From Prasinococcaceae sp. CCMP 1430 (Eukaryota; Plantae; Prasinodermophyta), in contig RQSC01000998.1 of NCBI GenBank assembly GCA_013416795.1, positions 1 to 61,574 of the forward strand: 61,574 bases of DNA, in the 5' to 3' direction. Both the position numbers and the translations under genes were made by a program. Below are positions 42,101 to 54,663 of the stretch, piece after piece. The notes beneath the pieces were generated by a model. It saw only the letters and a program-made list of their open reading frames with translations, was not told the origin of the DNA and made no database searches. Positions within the stretch are counted from its first letter, which is position 1. Each line of letters opens with the position of its first letter.

Positions 42101-43612
42101 CGCCGCCGCCGCCGCCCCCCCCGCCGCCGCCGCCGCCGCACTCGCCCACGGCCACACCATCCTCACCGTCATCGATGCCGACTCCGGAGAACTCGCCGCC
42201 AACCCGCTCATTTCGCGGCACGGCACCGCCCCACACGTACATTCCCGCGCCCGCGCGATAGCAACGTAGCGCCTCCGCAGCGGCAGCTGCGCGCTCAGCG
42301 TCGGACACCAGCACTGGCACGGACGCACCGGCAATGGCTTCCGTCGGCGACGACGCGGCCGGTGCATGTGCGGTCGACGCACGTTCGAGCAGCACACGGG
42401 CATCGCGCGCGCGCGCGTAGCCTTCGTAGCGGTCATCTAGTAGAGTGACTCGTACAGCCACCGCGGTACTCGCATCAGCATGAGCACTTGCTTCGGAGCC
42501 GTTGCTGNCTCGTGCGCCTTGAACTCCGCGTGCCCCCCTCCCTCCCCCCCGCTGCGCCCCGCGCGCTCGACTCCCGCCAAAACGCGCGCGGGTTCCCCTC
42601 CGGCGCCCGGCGCGCGCCCGCAGGACCGCCCGGATTCCGCACGAAGAGAATCACAGAAGATGTGCACATGGGATTCCGCACCCGCGCGGACAGGCGGAGA
42701 GCGCGCGGCATCCGCCCCGGGGCCGCTGCTGCGGTGGTCGGCACGCACACTACTCACTCGAGGTGCGATGTCGAGATCGACATACGTCGAGGGGAGGCGG
42801 GGGGGGGGGCGCGCGGTGGGACGCAGCGGATCACGAGGCGTGCGTCCCCGGGGTGTCCCGCCACCCTCAGACCGGGGTGAGACGGGGCGTACCCGGGTGT
42901 GATTCTTCCCGACCCCGCCCACCCCGGCCCCGCCGGCCTGGCGGCGCCCCGGAACAGGCTGTCGGCCCCGTCGAGGGGCTAACACCGCCGCCGCTCGCGC
43001 CACCGCGCGCTCATCAAAAAAACCGCCCGGGGAGGGCTGGGGGGGGGGGACAAGCGGTCTGACCCAGGTACATGCGGGGGAGATCCAGTATGATCCGAAG
43101 GGACCGGGGGTCGTACCCGGTCAGATGAGGCCTTGCCGTCTCGTGACCAGGGGTCGGGTGCACGCGCGTGGGCGGGGCGGGGCGCCCAATCGAGCTGCGG
43201 GCGCCCTCCCTCCCCCCCCTCCCCTCCCCCGCCTCGACGGACGGGGCGTGGGCTCGGGGGGCGCGCAGACGCGGTAGGAGCGCGGGGTGGAGGGGACCGC
43301 CCACGCGGGTCGGCAGCATGGGGGGGCACGCTCAGGAGGCGGGGGTGAAGGGGAGAGGGACGAGGGACGAGGAGGGGCTGGGGGTCGCGGCGTCCGTGGG
43401 CGCCGGCGGTGCCACAAGTGCGCGCTGCGGCGCCGGGCGAGCGCGGGCCCCGAGCGGCGCAGGGCGCCGGCGCCAGCCTGGGCGGCGGGCGGGCCGCCGA
43501 GCTGGGGAGGGCGGATTCGGAGGGGGGCAGGGTTGGCACAGGTGTGTTGCGTGGGGACGGGGGCCTCGGGTTGTATTCCCACGGTCCGCCGCCTGCCGCG
43601 GCGCCGTGCGCC

Positions 43613-44590
43613 ATGGAGGGCGCGTGCCGCGTGTACAAGTCCGACCTCCTGAACGACCTCGTGGCCGACGCGAAGGAGGCCGAGGCGCGAGACAGGCGCG
43701 CGGCGGCGCGCGCTCGGGGAAAGGGCAGCGAGAAGAGCGCGGGGACGCCGTTTGGGGCGAGCGAACACCCGCGTCTTTCGTCCGAGGCGCGGCTTCTGGC
43801 CCAGAAGGAGATGCGCGAGGCGCGCTACCGCGAAAAGACCGAGCAGTCCCTGCGCGACGCCGAGCGCCGGCGCGCGGAGAAGGCCAGGCGCCGCGAGGAG
43901 GCCTTCCAGCGCATGTACGCGAGCGTGTGCGAAGGGCTCGACGGCGGCGACGGGGTGGTGCGCGAAGTGAGCGAGAAGCTCGAGGAGCACGCGCGGCTGA
44001 GGCGCAAGAAGGCCGCCACGCTGCACAACGAATGGAAGGAGGCGGTTTTCGACACCATCCAGGGGCGCGTGCAGGAGCAGATTGACAACATGTCCACCAA
44101 AGACGCCGCGGCACGCCGTGCGGAAGCGTACGACACGTACATTCGCACCGTCAATGCCAAGGCGTTGGGCGGTGTCTTCCGCGACATCATCATTCCCTCC
44201 GACTACGACCCGCTCACGCTGCGCGAGCACACGCTCAAGTATGACGGGCGCGTGAAGGATCCCATCAAGCGCGATCTCACCAAGGCGATGAACGAGAGGC
44301 GCGACATGGGGCTGTCGGCGCAGAGCACGCAGGCGCGGCAGACGCTCGATGTACAGAAGTGGGCCACGGAGAACATCGGCTCCACGCCCTACGGCCACGA
44401 CGCCCGGCTCTTCGACGACCAGGGCAACTTCGTCAAGAACAACACCGGCTTCACAGCGAGCATGACAAAATCCAAGGTGAACATGGACCACTACAACGTG
44501 GAGACGGGCAAGGAGGCCATGCTGAAGGAGACCAAAAAAAGCAAGCGCATGTTCCCCGGCATGAACTCGGCCAGCACGGTCGAAATCTGA
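43613..44590 (+). CDS. Coiled-coil protein, FAM228-like
   Basis: RRKK..LHNEWKEAVFDTIQ and VFRDII.SDYDPL resemble FAM228 motifs as I recall them; clean coding composition. Confidence 0.55.
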   Translation: MEGACRVYKSDLLNDLVADAKEAEARDRRAAARARGKGSEKSAGTPFGASEHPRLSSEARLLAQKEMREARYREKTEQSLRDAERRRAEKARRREEAFQRMYASVCEGLDGGDGVVREVSEKLEEHARLRRKKAATLHNEWKEAVFDTIQGRVQEQIDNMSTKDAAARRAEAYDTYIRTVNAKALGGVFRDIIIPSDYDPLTLREHTLKYDGRVKDPIKRDLTKAMNERRDMGLSAQSTQARQTLDVQKWATENIGSTPYGHDARLFDDQGNFVKNNTGFTASMTKSKVNMDHYNVETGKEAMLKETKKSKRMFPGMNSASTVEI

Positions 44591-44798
44591 GAGGATGCGA
44601 ACGGCGGCGCGGGGCGGCAGCGCCGCGTGGGGATCGTTCGGGCGCTGGGCGGCCGCGAGCAGCCCCGTCACTCCTGGCGGGGCGCCACTGCTCACTTGTA
44701 CATAATCATCACGCATTATCACACACGAGGGCGCGATCGCGTCGATCGCGCTTGCGCAGGGAACGGGGGTCGGGCCTCGCGACGCGGCGCTCGTGGCG

Positions 44799-47700
44799 CT
44801 AGGAGGCTTGCCTCATCGATGGCTGCTCCGCCTCCGCCGATCCTGCGGTCTCTGCGGGCACCAGCGGCGGCGGCGGCTGCAGCACCTGCTCGGTGGAGCC
44901 CGCAGCAGTCGCCTGCGCGTCCGCGCCACCTGAGGAGTCCTTGACTTTGCCACGACCGAACGTGCAGCAGCCCCTCTTAGGTTCGGGCGACACGGGCCCC
45001 TCCTGGGCCGGTGTTGGAGCGGCCTGCGCCGCCGCGTCCCCGCCGCTGGCCGCCTCGGCCGGTGCAGGCGCAATCCCGTCGCTCGAGTGATGGCTCCGCG
45101 CGTCGCTCCCATCGCGCTGCTGTGACTTGCGTTGCGTCGCGCTCCACGACTCGTCCGGCGCGTCGCCTGAGTCCGTCGATACCGGCAGCTCGGGCTCCTC
45201 GTGCACGTCACCGGCAGCGACGGCCTGCCGGAGTTGCGCTTCGAGCGAGCCCTGCATCTGCTCTTTCTGCGCTGCGAAGGCGTCGGGTGGGGGCACCTTG
45301 TGTCCGAGCGAAGCGTACCACTTGTCGAAGGCGTCTTGTTCGAAGTAGACCTTGGCGGCGTCGATGTTGTCGCTCTCAAGGAAGAAGTCGCCAACCTCGT
45401 GCGCGATGTCGTCGGAGGCAGCAAAGTCAACGCCGGTGAGGCCCTCCAGGCGCGCCATCATCTTCATGCCATCTCCGGCGGCAACGGACGAGCCGAGGAG
45501 ATCAATGCGCCCGCCGGGGGCAACGAGCTGCGACAGGTCCTGCCAGAAAGCCCGGACGCCGGGCACGGCCTTGAGTGTGTCGATGTCCGTGCGAAATCCT
45601 TTGGTGAGCACGATCGTCGCCGCCTTGCTGTTCGTCACGAGAGCCAGAGACTCCACGGGCGAGTCGTTCAGCTTGGTGCGAATTGCGTGCAGCAGGCCAG
45701 CGGGCGTGGTCCTGTTGAACTCATAGGTGAAGCACCCGCACTCGTGGCTCTTGAGCGCAAACGCCGGAACCTCGTCGTGTCCAACGCGCGATGAGATGAC
45801 CATCAGGCGCTTCCAGCCTCCTGGCGGGGCGTCGTCGCCGTTCACCGCGGGAGTGCCCTTGGGCGCCTCCCCCAGAGGCGGCAGCTCGCGCTTCCAAGAT
45901 GGCGCAGCCGCGGCGCTCGCCTTGATCGCGGGCGCGGCCGAAGCCGGGCCAGCGGGCAGCGGAAGTGTGGGGAATGGTACGGCCGCCGCGCCGCGTCCGA
46001 GGCCCGCGCCCGAAATGGCGCCATTCCCAGGCTGTGCGCCTCCAAGCACGCCGGGAGGGAGCTGCGGGGGCATCGCACCGAGGGGGGCGAGCGCAGGCAG
46101 GCGACTACCTTGAGCGACCAGTTGCCTCCGCGCACCCAGCGGGACCGCGCGCGACGTAATGAGCGCCTTCACATCCGCGTACGCCACGGCGCCTTGGTTG
46201 AGCTTGTCGCAGGCGGCCATGCGCACCAGCCAAAGCCGCACGTCCTTCTTGGTACAGTTGGGCCTCAGGGACCGGAAGACTGCGACCATCTGGGGATAGT
46301 CGCACATGCCATCCTTGTCCGCGTCGTAGTGGTCGAAGGCGCGCTTGAGCACTCCGCGAAATTGCTCCAGGGTCTCAGATAGCCCACGCAATGTCACCTC
46401 GCCAGCTGAAAGGTCCTCGTCTTCCTGCACGGTCAGAGCGGGGTCGTGGACCTTGCGATGCAGCTCGGAGCAAGCTCGCAGAGCCTCCAGCACACCGCGC
46501 TGCGTCATGCCTGCTCGGACCGTGCCGGTCGGCGGGGGGCGGCCGTAGTCGTAGCCGGTGGTCCCAGCCTTGGCCAGGCGCTCGACGCCTTCCGCGTAGG
46601 CACCCTCGACGTCAAGCATCGCCTTGAAGTACGCCAGCTGCGCCGCGGAGATGTCCTGCACGGCGGTGCGCCCGAGTGTGCCGATCTCGGCATAGCCCAG
46701 CGTGCCGTCCTGATTAGTGTCGAATGTGCGCAGGAGGAAGAAGTCGTCTTTGGTGAGCTGGATCTGGGCTTTCAGCCACGTGCGCGCTCGCTTGAAGACA
46801 TTCTCGGACGCGGCCTTTTCGATCTTGGCCTTGGCGATCCTCAAGAGCTCCTCTGGGGACTCGCTTCGGCGCGCGCGCTCCACGGCGGCCTTGTCGCTCT
46901 CTGCAAATTGTTTCGCGATGCCGGCGCCCATGGGCCCAACGCGCTCGAAGTACTCGCGCAGCTCGGCAAGCGAGAGCGCGCCGTCGCCGTCGGTGTCGAC
47001 CTCTGCGAGATTCGCGAGCAAGTATCGCATCTCGGTCGCATCGAGCGCGGGCAGCAGCGTGGAGAACAGGTCTCTGAGCTCCTTGGCGTCGAGCGTACCG
47101 TTCCCGTCTTTGTCAAATTGGTTGAAGACGGCTTGTGCCGTCGTGCTCTCCGCAGTGACGAAGTGCGCGAGCCGCGACATGAGATCAGACACGCGCACCA
47201 CGTCCTCGTCGCCGTCGGCGAGCGCGTCAGCCGAGCGCAGCTTCTCCGACATTGCCTTGCCGCTCTTGAGGGCCGAGCTGAACTCGCTGGCGCTGATCTC
47301 GCCGTCCCCGTTTACGTCGCAGATGACGCAGAAGTAGCGCAGCTCTCTGTCGGTGATGGTTGGCTCGATTGCCTCCATCATGCGCTCTATCTCCGCCATC
47401 GACAGCTGGCCATCGGCGGACACCCCCCCTTTGTCAAAACGCTGGAAAAGGGCCTGCACCGTGGTGTCATTCTTCTCGATGTACTTGAGCACAATGGAGA
47501 AGATGTTGCGGTCACCAGGCCTTGCCGTAATGAGCGGCCGGTGCCTTTGCGTCAGCGTGGAGTCACCCTGAGCCAGCGCTGCTGGTGGTTGGGCTCCCGC
47601 TGGGGCCGACGCAGCAGCAGGCGGCGCGAGCTGTGTCGCTGGTAGGCCGCCAGCGTATGGCGGCGGCGGCGACTGCAGCGCCGCGAGCTGCTGCTGCTGC

Positions 47701-48814
47701 TTCTGCAGGGCCTCCTGCTGCTGCGCAAGGAGCATCTGCTGCTGTTGCGCCTGCTGCTGCGCTTGCGCTTGCGCCATCGCCATGGCGGCCGCCTGCGCCT
47801 GCATCTGCTGCTGCTGCACCTGCACCTGCACCTGCATCTGCATCTGTTGCTGTTGCTGTTGCTGTTGCTGCGCGGCGGCCTGCATCTGTGCCTGCGGCTG
47901 CTGCGCGGCGACTGGTGCCGCGGGCGACGATTGGGGAGCGCTCAGCGAGGACGCCCAGGCCCCGCCCTGCTGTTGCTGTTGCAGCTTCTGCTCGGATGCG
48001 GACGTCACCGTGGGAGAGCTCGGAGCGGAGCGTGCCACTTTCTGCTCTTTGATGTAGCTACGCAGCTCTGCAAGAGACACCTTTCCGTCCCCGTCGACAT
48101 CCAGTTCGTGCACGCGCTGCATGAGGTATCGCAGCTCCATCTGATTGAGCCCCGGACACGCGTGCTTGAAGAACTTGACGATCTCCAGTCCCTCGAGCTG
48201 CCCGTTGCCGTCCGCGTCGAACTTCTTGAATATCTCCGCGACGCTTTGCCCTGTGCTCTCCATGTTCTGTCGAAGGCGGCGGATGATGTCGTCCACACGC
48301 ACGACGTCCGCGTCGCCCGCGGCGCTCGGGTCCGCCTTTCGGTCGCCGGCTTCGGCCATGACTGCGCCACGCACGGCCCGCGTGAACTCTTCCAGGCTAA
48401 CTTCGCCGCTGCCGTCGATGTCCACCATCAGCATGAAGTGCCGAAGCTCCCTGTCAGTGATGGTCGGCTCGATGAACTCCATCAGGCGCTCGAGCTCCTG
48501 GCAAGCATCAGGTGTGGGGCAGTAAGTAATGGTGGTCAGCGCCGGCGCGGATGGTGCGCCGCGCCTCTTGCACGCGACTAGGCATCGCAATCAGAGCCGC
48601 CCCTCTGTGCGCACGCGCTCGCTCGCTCGCTCACCTGGGTGCTGAGCTTGCCATCCGCGCGGCCCATCTTGTCGAACTGCGCGTACAGCTGGCTGGCCGA
48701 GCGGTCGGTGCTATCAAGGTGATCTTGCACGCGCTTGAAGATGTTGCGGTCCCGCACGCCGCTGCTGTCACCGCCGGACACTCCCGGCGCGGCGGCCATC
48801 CTTGGCGACTGCAT
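44799..48814 (-). CDS. Multi-EF-hand protein with Q-rich linker and C-terminal DUF4347-like domain; exons 48814-48635 and 48497-44799
   Basis: Many DxDGxG loops in three calmodulin-like blocks; C-terminal GGRIDLLGSSVA...LEGLTGVDFAASDD; phase-0 GT-AG intron. Confidence 0.8.
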
Positions 48815-49470
48815 GGGCCGCCGCGAGCCCCCGCCGGTGGGCGCTGGCTGCGGCGTCGCCCGGCCCACAAACCGCCTCTGCTGGTGCCGCGCCGGGGACG
48901 ACGGCGCCCGCTCCTCCCCCGCGCCGCGACCGCGCCCGCCCCGCGCCCCTCCCGCGCCGCGCCGCGCCGCGCGCAGGGTCTCCCTCGCGGGAACACCGTC
49001 ATTCGATGTTTCCAACCACTCGCTCGGAGCAACCGCCCACAAGCTCGAACAGACCCCAAACAAGTCCCCGACCCGTCGCTCCCGGCCCGGGCGAGCTCGC
49101 GGGCGGACCCGGCACCCGTTCCCCGGCCGGCGCGGCGGTGCGGTTCAAACCGAAACGATGGGTGGGGTCCCCAACAGTCGCCTCGGCCGGCGGCGAGGCG
49201 CACACGCTCGGCCGGCCGGCCCGGGCGGGCGCCTTCTGTTCCCGCGCTGCCCTGCGTGGCGCTGGCTGGATGGCTGGCTGGCTGGTGGGGGACACCCACC
49301 CTCTGCCGGCGGGGAACAGACAGGCAGGGGGGGGATCGACAGGAGGGGGGAGAGCGGCGTTGGTTGGCGTTGGGTGGATGGGCGGCGAAGCGGCGGCGGG
49401 CTCCCGGCCGGCGGGGGGCGGCGTCGGCGACCGGATCCGCGGCGGGGTGGTGGGTTGTGGTGTGTGTGTN

Positions 49471-50841
49471 GCAGCGCGTGCGCTCGTCGTCGAGCTCGGG
49501 GCGCCCGCGGCGGCGGCCACCGACGGGGTCGCACTCTGCGCGCCGGCCGGCGGCGAGGACGGCGCGCTGCGGCTCGCGCCGGGCGCGGGGTGGGAGCTCG
49601 CGAGGGTAGAGGAGGGCGGCACGCAATTCGACGCGAGCGCGCTGGCCTCCGCGGGAGTCGCCTTCCTCGCCGCCGAGGCGGAGGCCGCGAGCGTCGCGCC
49701 GCTCGAGGGCGCGAGCGTGTACGACCTGCTCGCGACGGACCCGTACTACGCGAGCAGCTATCACAGCGCGCGGTACGACGACCTGCGCGCGGACGCGCAG
49801 GGGCGCGGGCTTAGAGGATTCTTCGGGGACGCAGGGGATGCGGATGCCGCCTCGCCCGCCGCACCCGCAGGCAGCGCGGCCGAGGACACACGGGTGGCCA
49901 ATGGCAGCTGCGTGCTCGTCACCGGGCCGTTCAGGGCAGGCGAGCGCTACGCGCTCACCTTCGTGGCGGACGCGTCGGACGTCGCCGTGGATCCTGGAGC
50001 GCTCCCAGAGCTGTGGTACCTCCCCATGAGCTACGACGACGACGGGGCGGGCGGACTCCGCCTGGACGTGCGCGGGGACAAGCGCGGGACGGTGTGCGAG
50101 GCGCGCAGCGGGGTGGCGACCGAGCAGGTCCCGCCCGCCGCGACGCCGACGCTGTCCCTCGGCCTCGAGGGGGAGGCTTGCGCAGCGGGGCAGGCACGCG
50201 CGTCGCTACGCTACGGCGGCGAGTGCGTCGAGTGCGAGAGCGTGTCCGGTGTGGTGTCCTTGGCGGAGGGGACGCAGCGTTGCGACTGCCCCGCGGACGT
50301 CCACGTTGTGCCCGTGGGTGGCGCAGCGTGCGGAGCGCAATGGGTGGAGGGAGACGCCGACGGCGACGCGCCGGTGACAAACGCCGCACAGCTCGCTGCG
50401 AACCTGTGCGCGCGGCTAGCTGCCGAGCTCGCCGCAATCGAGGCCGGCACCGGATCGGACGCGGTGGCGGCGTCCGGCGCGGCACTCAACTTGCTGCGCG
50501 ACGACGGCACCGCGCTGCTCGATGAGACGACCATCGCGGCGGCAGAGGCCGCAGTGGACGCGGAGATGGCGCCGGACCCGCGACAGCGGGGCGATCCGAT
50601 TCGCCGGACGGGCCTGCGCGCCAACTGCGAGGGCTGCGGGACACAGGACGGCTCATTCACGGACGCGTCCTCCGGCCAGTCCTCCCACTACGTTGACACG
50701 CGCTATGAGGCGGCACGCGCCATGCGCATCGCAGGGGTGGCCATGGAGCTCGCGGGCTATCCGTGCGCAGACGACGCGCTGAGCAGGGGGGACGTAGATG
50801 ACGCCGTGCGCCACGGTGATGGGCTGTGCAGCATCGAGTAA
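49471..50841 (+). CDS. Hypothetical Cys-containing (possibly extracellular) protein, 5' truncated at the N at 49470
   Basis: Open frame of about 455 codons with coding-like composition; no family recognised. Confidence 0.45.
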   Translation, partial: AARALVVELGAPAAAATDGVALCAPAGGEDGALRLAPGAGWELARVEEGGTQFDASALASAGVAFLAAEAEAASVAPLEGASVYDLLATDPYYASSYHSARYDDLRADAQGRGLRGFFGDAGDADAASPAAPAGSAAEDTRVANGSCVLVTGPFRAGERYALTFVADASDVAVDPGALPELWYLPMSYDDDGAGGLRLDVRGDKRGTVCEARSGVATEQVPPAATPTLSLGLEGEACAAGQARASLRYGGECVECESVSGVVSLAEGTQRCDCPADVHVVPVGGAACGAQWVEGDADGDAPVTNAAQLAANLCARLAAELAAIEAGTGSDAVAASGAALNLLRDDGTALLDETTIAAAEAAVDAEMAPDPRQRGDPIRRTGLRANCEGCGTQDGSFTDASSGQSSHYVDTRYEAARAMRIAGVAMELAGYPCADDALSRGDVDDAVRHGDGLCSIE

Positions 50842-50977
50842 GATGTCCGCCGAGGGCCTGCGAGCCGTCCAGTCCTTTACACGTGCGTGCGCACGCGTGC
50901 GCTTTTTTGCGCCCACGCACACTTGTGGTTTGAGGGTTGGGCGGATGGGGCGCGTGGGCGGGAGAGACGCGGGGCGC

Positions 50978-52916
50978 TCACGACTCCATCGCCTTGGGGG
51001 CGCTCTCACCCTCCTCTCCAGCAGCGGGAGCAGCGCCCGGCGTGAACGTGCGCTCTGCGTACAGCTTGATGTAGCCCATGTGCCAGTCGCCGCCTGGTAT
51101 CGCGCGCGCCGACAGAGCGAAACGGAGCGAGGTGAGGCGCGCCCGCCCCCGTCAGCGTTCGTGTCTTCGACAACGCCTGCGCAGATCTGCGACCAGCGCG
51201 CGCAGGCCAGCGAGATGGCGCATCGCGCGTGGAACAAATGCGCATGCCGAGCAGCGCACCGCGCGCGGAGCGCACCTCCGTTTAGCTTGAGGATGTCCTC
51301 TTCCTTCTGGGGCTCGACGTCGTCGTCGTCGAAGCGTAGCCACTGCCCATCCTTCTGTTTCGTCCAGCCTATGTAGTGGCCGCCGTCGGCCGAGCGCCCC
51401 TTGTGTGTAAGCACGGCCACCAGGTCATACTTGCCCGTAGGCAGCGGCTTGCCCACCTCCGGCGCTGGCGCGTCGCCTTCGTCCGCCATCGCCGAGTCGC
51501 CATCGGTGTCCTTGTTGGCCGCCTCGGTCGGCACGTCGGAGCCGCCCGCGGCCCCTCCGGCCGCGTCGGTCGCGCCGTTCAGCGCGCGCTTGCGCGCGGC
51601 AACCGCGTCGGCGGCCTCGCGCTCTGCCCTGCGCCCCACATCCAGCTGCTTCTTCAGCTCGGGCGTGCACAGGTCGTACACGTCGAGCGTGAGCGGAAAG
51701 GTAACGGCCTTCATGATCTTGCACTTGGTCTGCGTCTCCACCTTGTAATAGAATCTCACAGTCTCGACAGGGAAATACCTGGGAAGCTTGGAGAGCTTGG
51801 TCTCCTTGGTCCAGACCGCCGAGCGGCCGAGCTGCTCCGAGTTCTTCTCCACGGTTCCGTTGAGGCACTCCTGCATGGCCAGGTTGAGGTGGTTCACCGA
51901 CTGCGTGACGTTGCACTTGAACATGAAGTCGGAGGACTCCTCCTTGGAGGTCTCGCCGCTCTCTGCGCAAGTGAGCGTGCTCTCGTAGCCGATGGAGAAC
52001 AGGTCGCGCACCGAACTGCGCGCCTTCTCATCAGCGCCCGCGGCGTTGATGCGCATGTCGAGCGCGTTCACCAGCCCCGTCCAGCACTCTTCCGCGTCCT
52101 GCTGGGAGTACACGCCGCCCTGGCCCTGCTCGTTGAACTGCGGAAAGCGCTGGCGCAGCGTCGTCAAGAACTTGAACGGCACAACCGCCTGACGGCTCGT
52201 CCTCATCTCCTTAATGAGGTCCCGCGTCGCGAGCACCAAATTGTGGCTCGCGTCGGCCTCGATGCCGGAGCCCGAGTCGTACGCGTTCAGCGCGTCGCCG
52301 AGCTCGGGCACGTTGGCCAGGCACTGCATGGTCGCCGCCATGTAGCATGTGTTCCCGAGGTTCACCAGGCCCGCACCGTAGTCCTTGGGCATCATCGCCG
52401 CCTCCTGCTCCTCCTCGGGCAGGTCCTCCACGAAGGTGATGGCCTTCTCCGGCGCGACCGGGATCGCCTCGGCGGAGCCCATCATCATGAGCTTCTGGCC
52501 CTCCTTCAGCTTGACCTTGCCCCACTCGTCCTTCAGCATGCCGCCCTTGACCATGATCTTCTGGCGGTCCACGGGCACCCCCGTCAGCGAGAACACCTGC
52601 GACTTGAACACCGCAGGCGGCTCATCGAGGTCGATCTCGACAGGGTACGTGCCGCGATTCCATGACACGACCACTGCGGTGGGACGCAAGCAGGAGAGGC
52701 GTTCGTTGGCGCGCCCGGGCGCCGCGCGGCGGTGTGAGTGGGTGCATGGAGCAGATGGGCGCGGGTGCGCTGCATTCGTACTCGCGCGGGCGCGCGCGCG
52801 CGCCGAAGATCTCCGCGCTGCGCCAAGCTCTGCCCCCCTCCGCGCGCGCGCGCGGCGCCTTTTCCCCCGTGCGGCGCGCCAGGGCCCGAGCCGATTCGCA
52901 AGCACGCACCCTTCAT
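50978..52916 (-). CDS. USP14: Proteasome-associated deubiquitinase; exons 52916-52910, 52673-51276, 51093-50978
   Basis: UBL domain (LTGVPVDRQKIMVKGG), GLVNLGNTCY, QQDAEECW, THKGRSADGGHY; splicing gives MKVVVSW and GGGDWHM. Confidence 0.95.
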
Positions 52917-53447
52917 CGCTCCCGGGCCTTCCCCTCCCCCTCGGCGCCGTGCTCACAGGGCGTGCGCAGCGCCCAGCAGCTGCGATGTGGCGCGCGCGCG
53001 CGCGCGCGCGCTGCCTGCTCGGTGCACGCGCGGCGGCGGCGAGGTCAAAAAGCAACGGGCGGATCGATCGCCATGCAGCGCATGCCACACGCCGGCACGA
53101 CCCAGCCATCATCCCGACATCGTCGATAATATGCCTTGCTTACCAAAAAAAAAAAGGCCAAAGAAAAAGGAACCGGCGCGAAAGGCGGTGCCGCTGCAGC
53201 TGTTGACGATGCTGATGCGCTGTTCCTGCTTCGGACGGAAAATATTTGGCGGTGGTCTGTCCGCGGATTCTGCTCGGCACAGGCCCGAGGCGCTTGCCGG
53301 AGCGCTCGCCCCGCCGGGCGCGGCGCGGATTTCGCCGGTGCCTCCAGTCTTTTTTCCTGCATGGGCGCTGGGTGTGGGGGGGGGGGCAGCGTCGCACCAG
53401 TCAGCGCGCACGGGGCGGGGCGCCCCCCCGGGCAGCGCAGCAGAGCC

Positions 53448-54478
53448 ATGCTGCGACGCGCGCTGTCACGCGCCGCGAGCCCGGCAGCGCAGGCGGTGCG
53501 CCAGGCGCAGGCGGCAGGCTTCGCCTCTGCTGCTGGCGAGCTGCACCAGGCGCAGCGCGAGCTGTACAGCAGGTGCGGAGCGCTGGCGGCGCCCGAGATT
53601 GAAAAAGGGGGGGAAAGAGGAGTCGCTTTAGGGTTGGCAACCGTGCCGGCCCAGGCGCTGCGCCGCCGCCGCGCGTCGCGGACGGCGTGTTGCTCCGCCG
53701 CAACACCACGAGCGCCGCTTAATGATGCCCCCCTCCCCCCCCCTGCCCCCCGGCGAAGTGCGTCCTAACGCGCTGACACGTCCTCGCCCGTTTGGGCCCC
53801 CCTGCCGCTCCGACGCTGCTGCGCTGCTCACCGCGCCCCGTGCTCTGCAGGGCGCGGACAGAGATCCCCATCGGCGACACGTTCCCGGCGGTGACGAACA
53901 CCACGTACGTGGCGCCCAGTGCGTCGCTCGTGGGCGACGTAAACGTGGGTGACGCCTGCTACATCGGCTACGGCGCTGTCCTCCGCGGCGATGAGGCAGC
54001 CGTCAACGTGCACCTGAAGTCGCGCATCGGCGACGGTGCGGTGCTTGCGACCGCCAAGTCGGTGGCGACGGGGTTGAACGCTGAGACGTTTGTGGGCAAT
54101 TACTCGACCGTGGGCGCTGGGTGCGTGCTGCGTTCGGCCACGCTAGACGGCTTCTGCGTGGTGGGGGATAACTCTGTGCTGGGCGAGGGCTCGATCATGG
54201 AGGAGTGCAGCGAGCTGGAGGCCGGCTCGGTGCTTCCTGCCGGCCACCGAGTGCCGGCGGGCGAGGTGTACGGCGGCAACCCCGCGACGTTCGTGCGCAT
54301 GCTCTCGAAGACCGAGGCCTTCGAGCGCCGCACCGCTGCCCAAGAGGCCTACACCATGATCACCACTGCGCACCGCGACGAGTTCCTGCCCGTCGGCAGC
54401 GAATGGAAGGATGCTGAGGCGCGCCGCGAGGCCCTCGCCAAGCTGCTCGCGTCCAAGGACCCCGCTCTCGCGGCCTGA
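53448..54478 (+). CDS. Mitochondrial complex I gamma-carbonic-anhydrase-like subunit; intron 53573-53850
   Basis: Presequence MLRRALSRA; YVAPSASLVGDV, GAVLRGD, hexapeptide repeats, GGNPA.FVR; Zn-ligand His residues absent (CAL type). Confidence 0.88.
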
Positions 54479-54663
54479 ATGGCTCGGCATCGCCGGTTCC
54501 TAAGCAAGCACACAGCAAGCGGAGAGGTGCCCGGCGCGCTGCGCGCACTGGCCACTGTCCTTGTTGTAATCTACATTTTTGACGTACGCTACAGATTGGT
54601 TCGGTGTGGATCGCTGGGCCTGATCGCTGGGAGCAGCGACGCGTGCTCCGGCGAGCAAACACG

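Noticed and set aside
53448-54478. Loss of Zn-binding His residues in the gamma-CA as pseudogenisation
   Set aside because: Normal for CA-like subunits of complex I.
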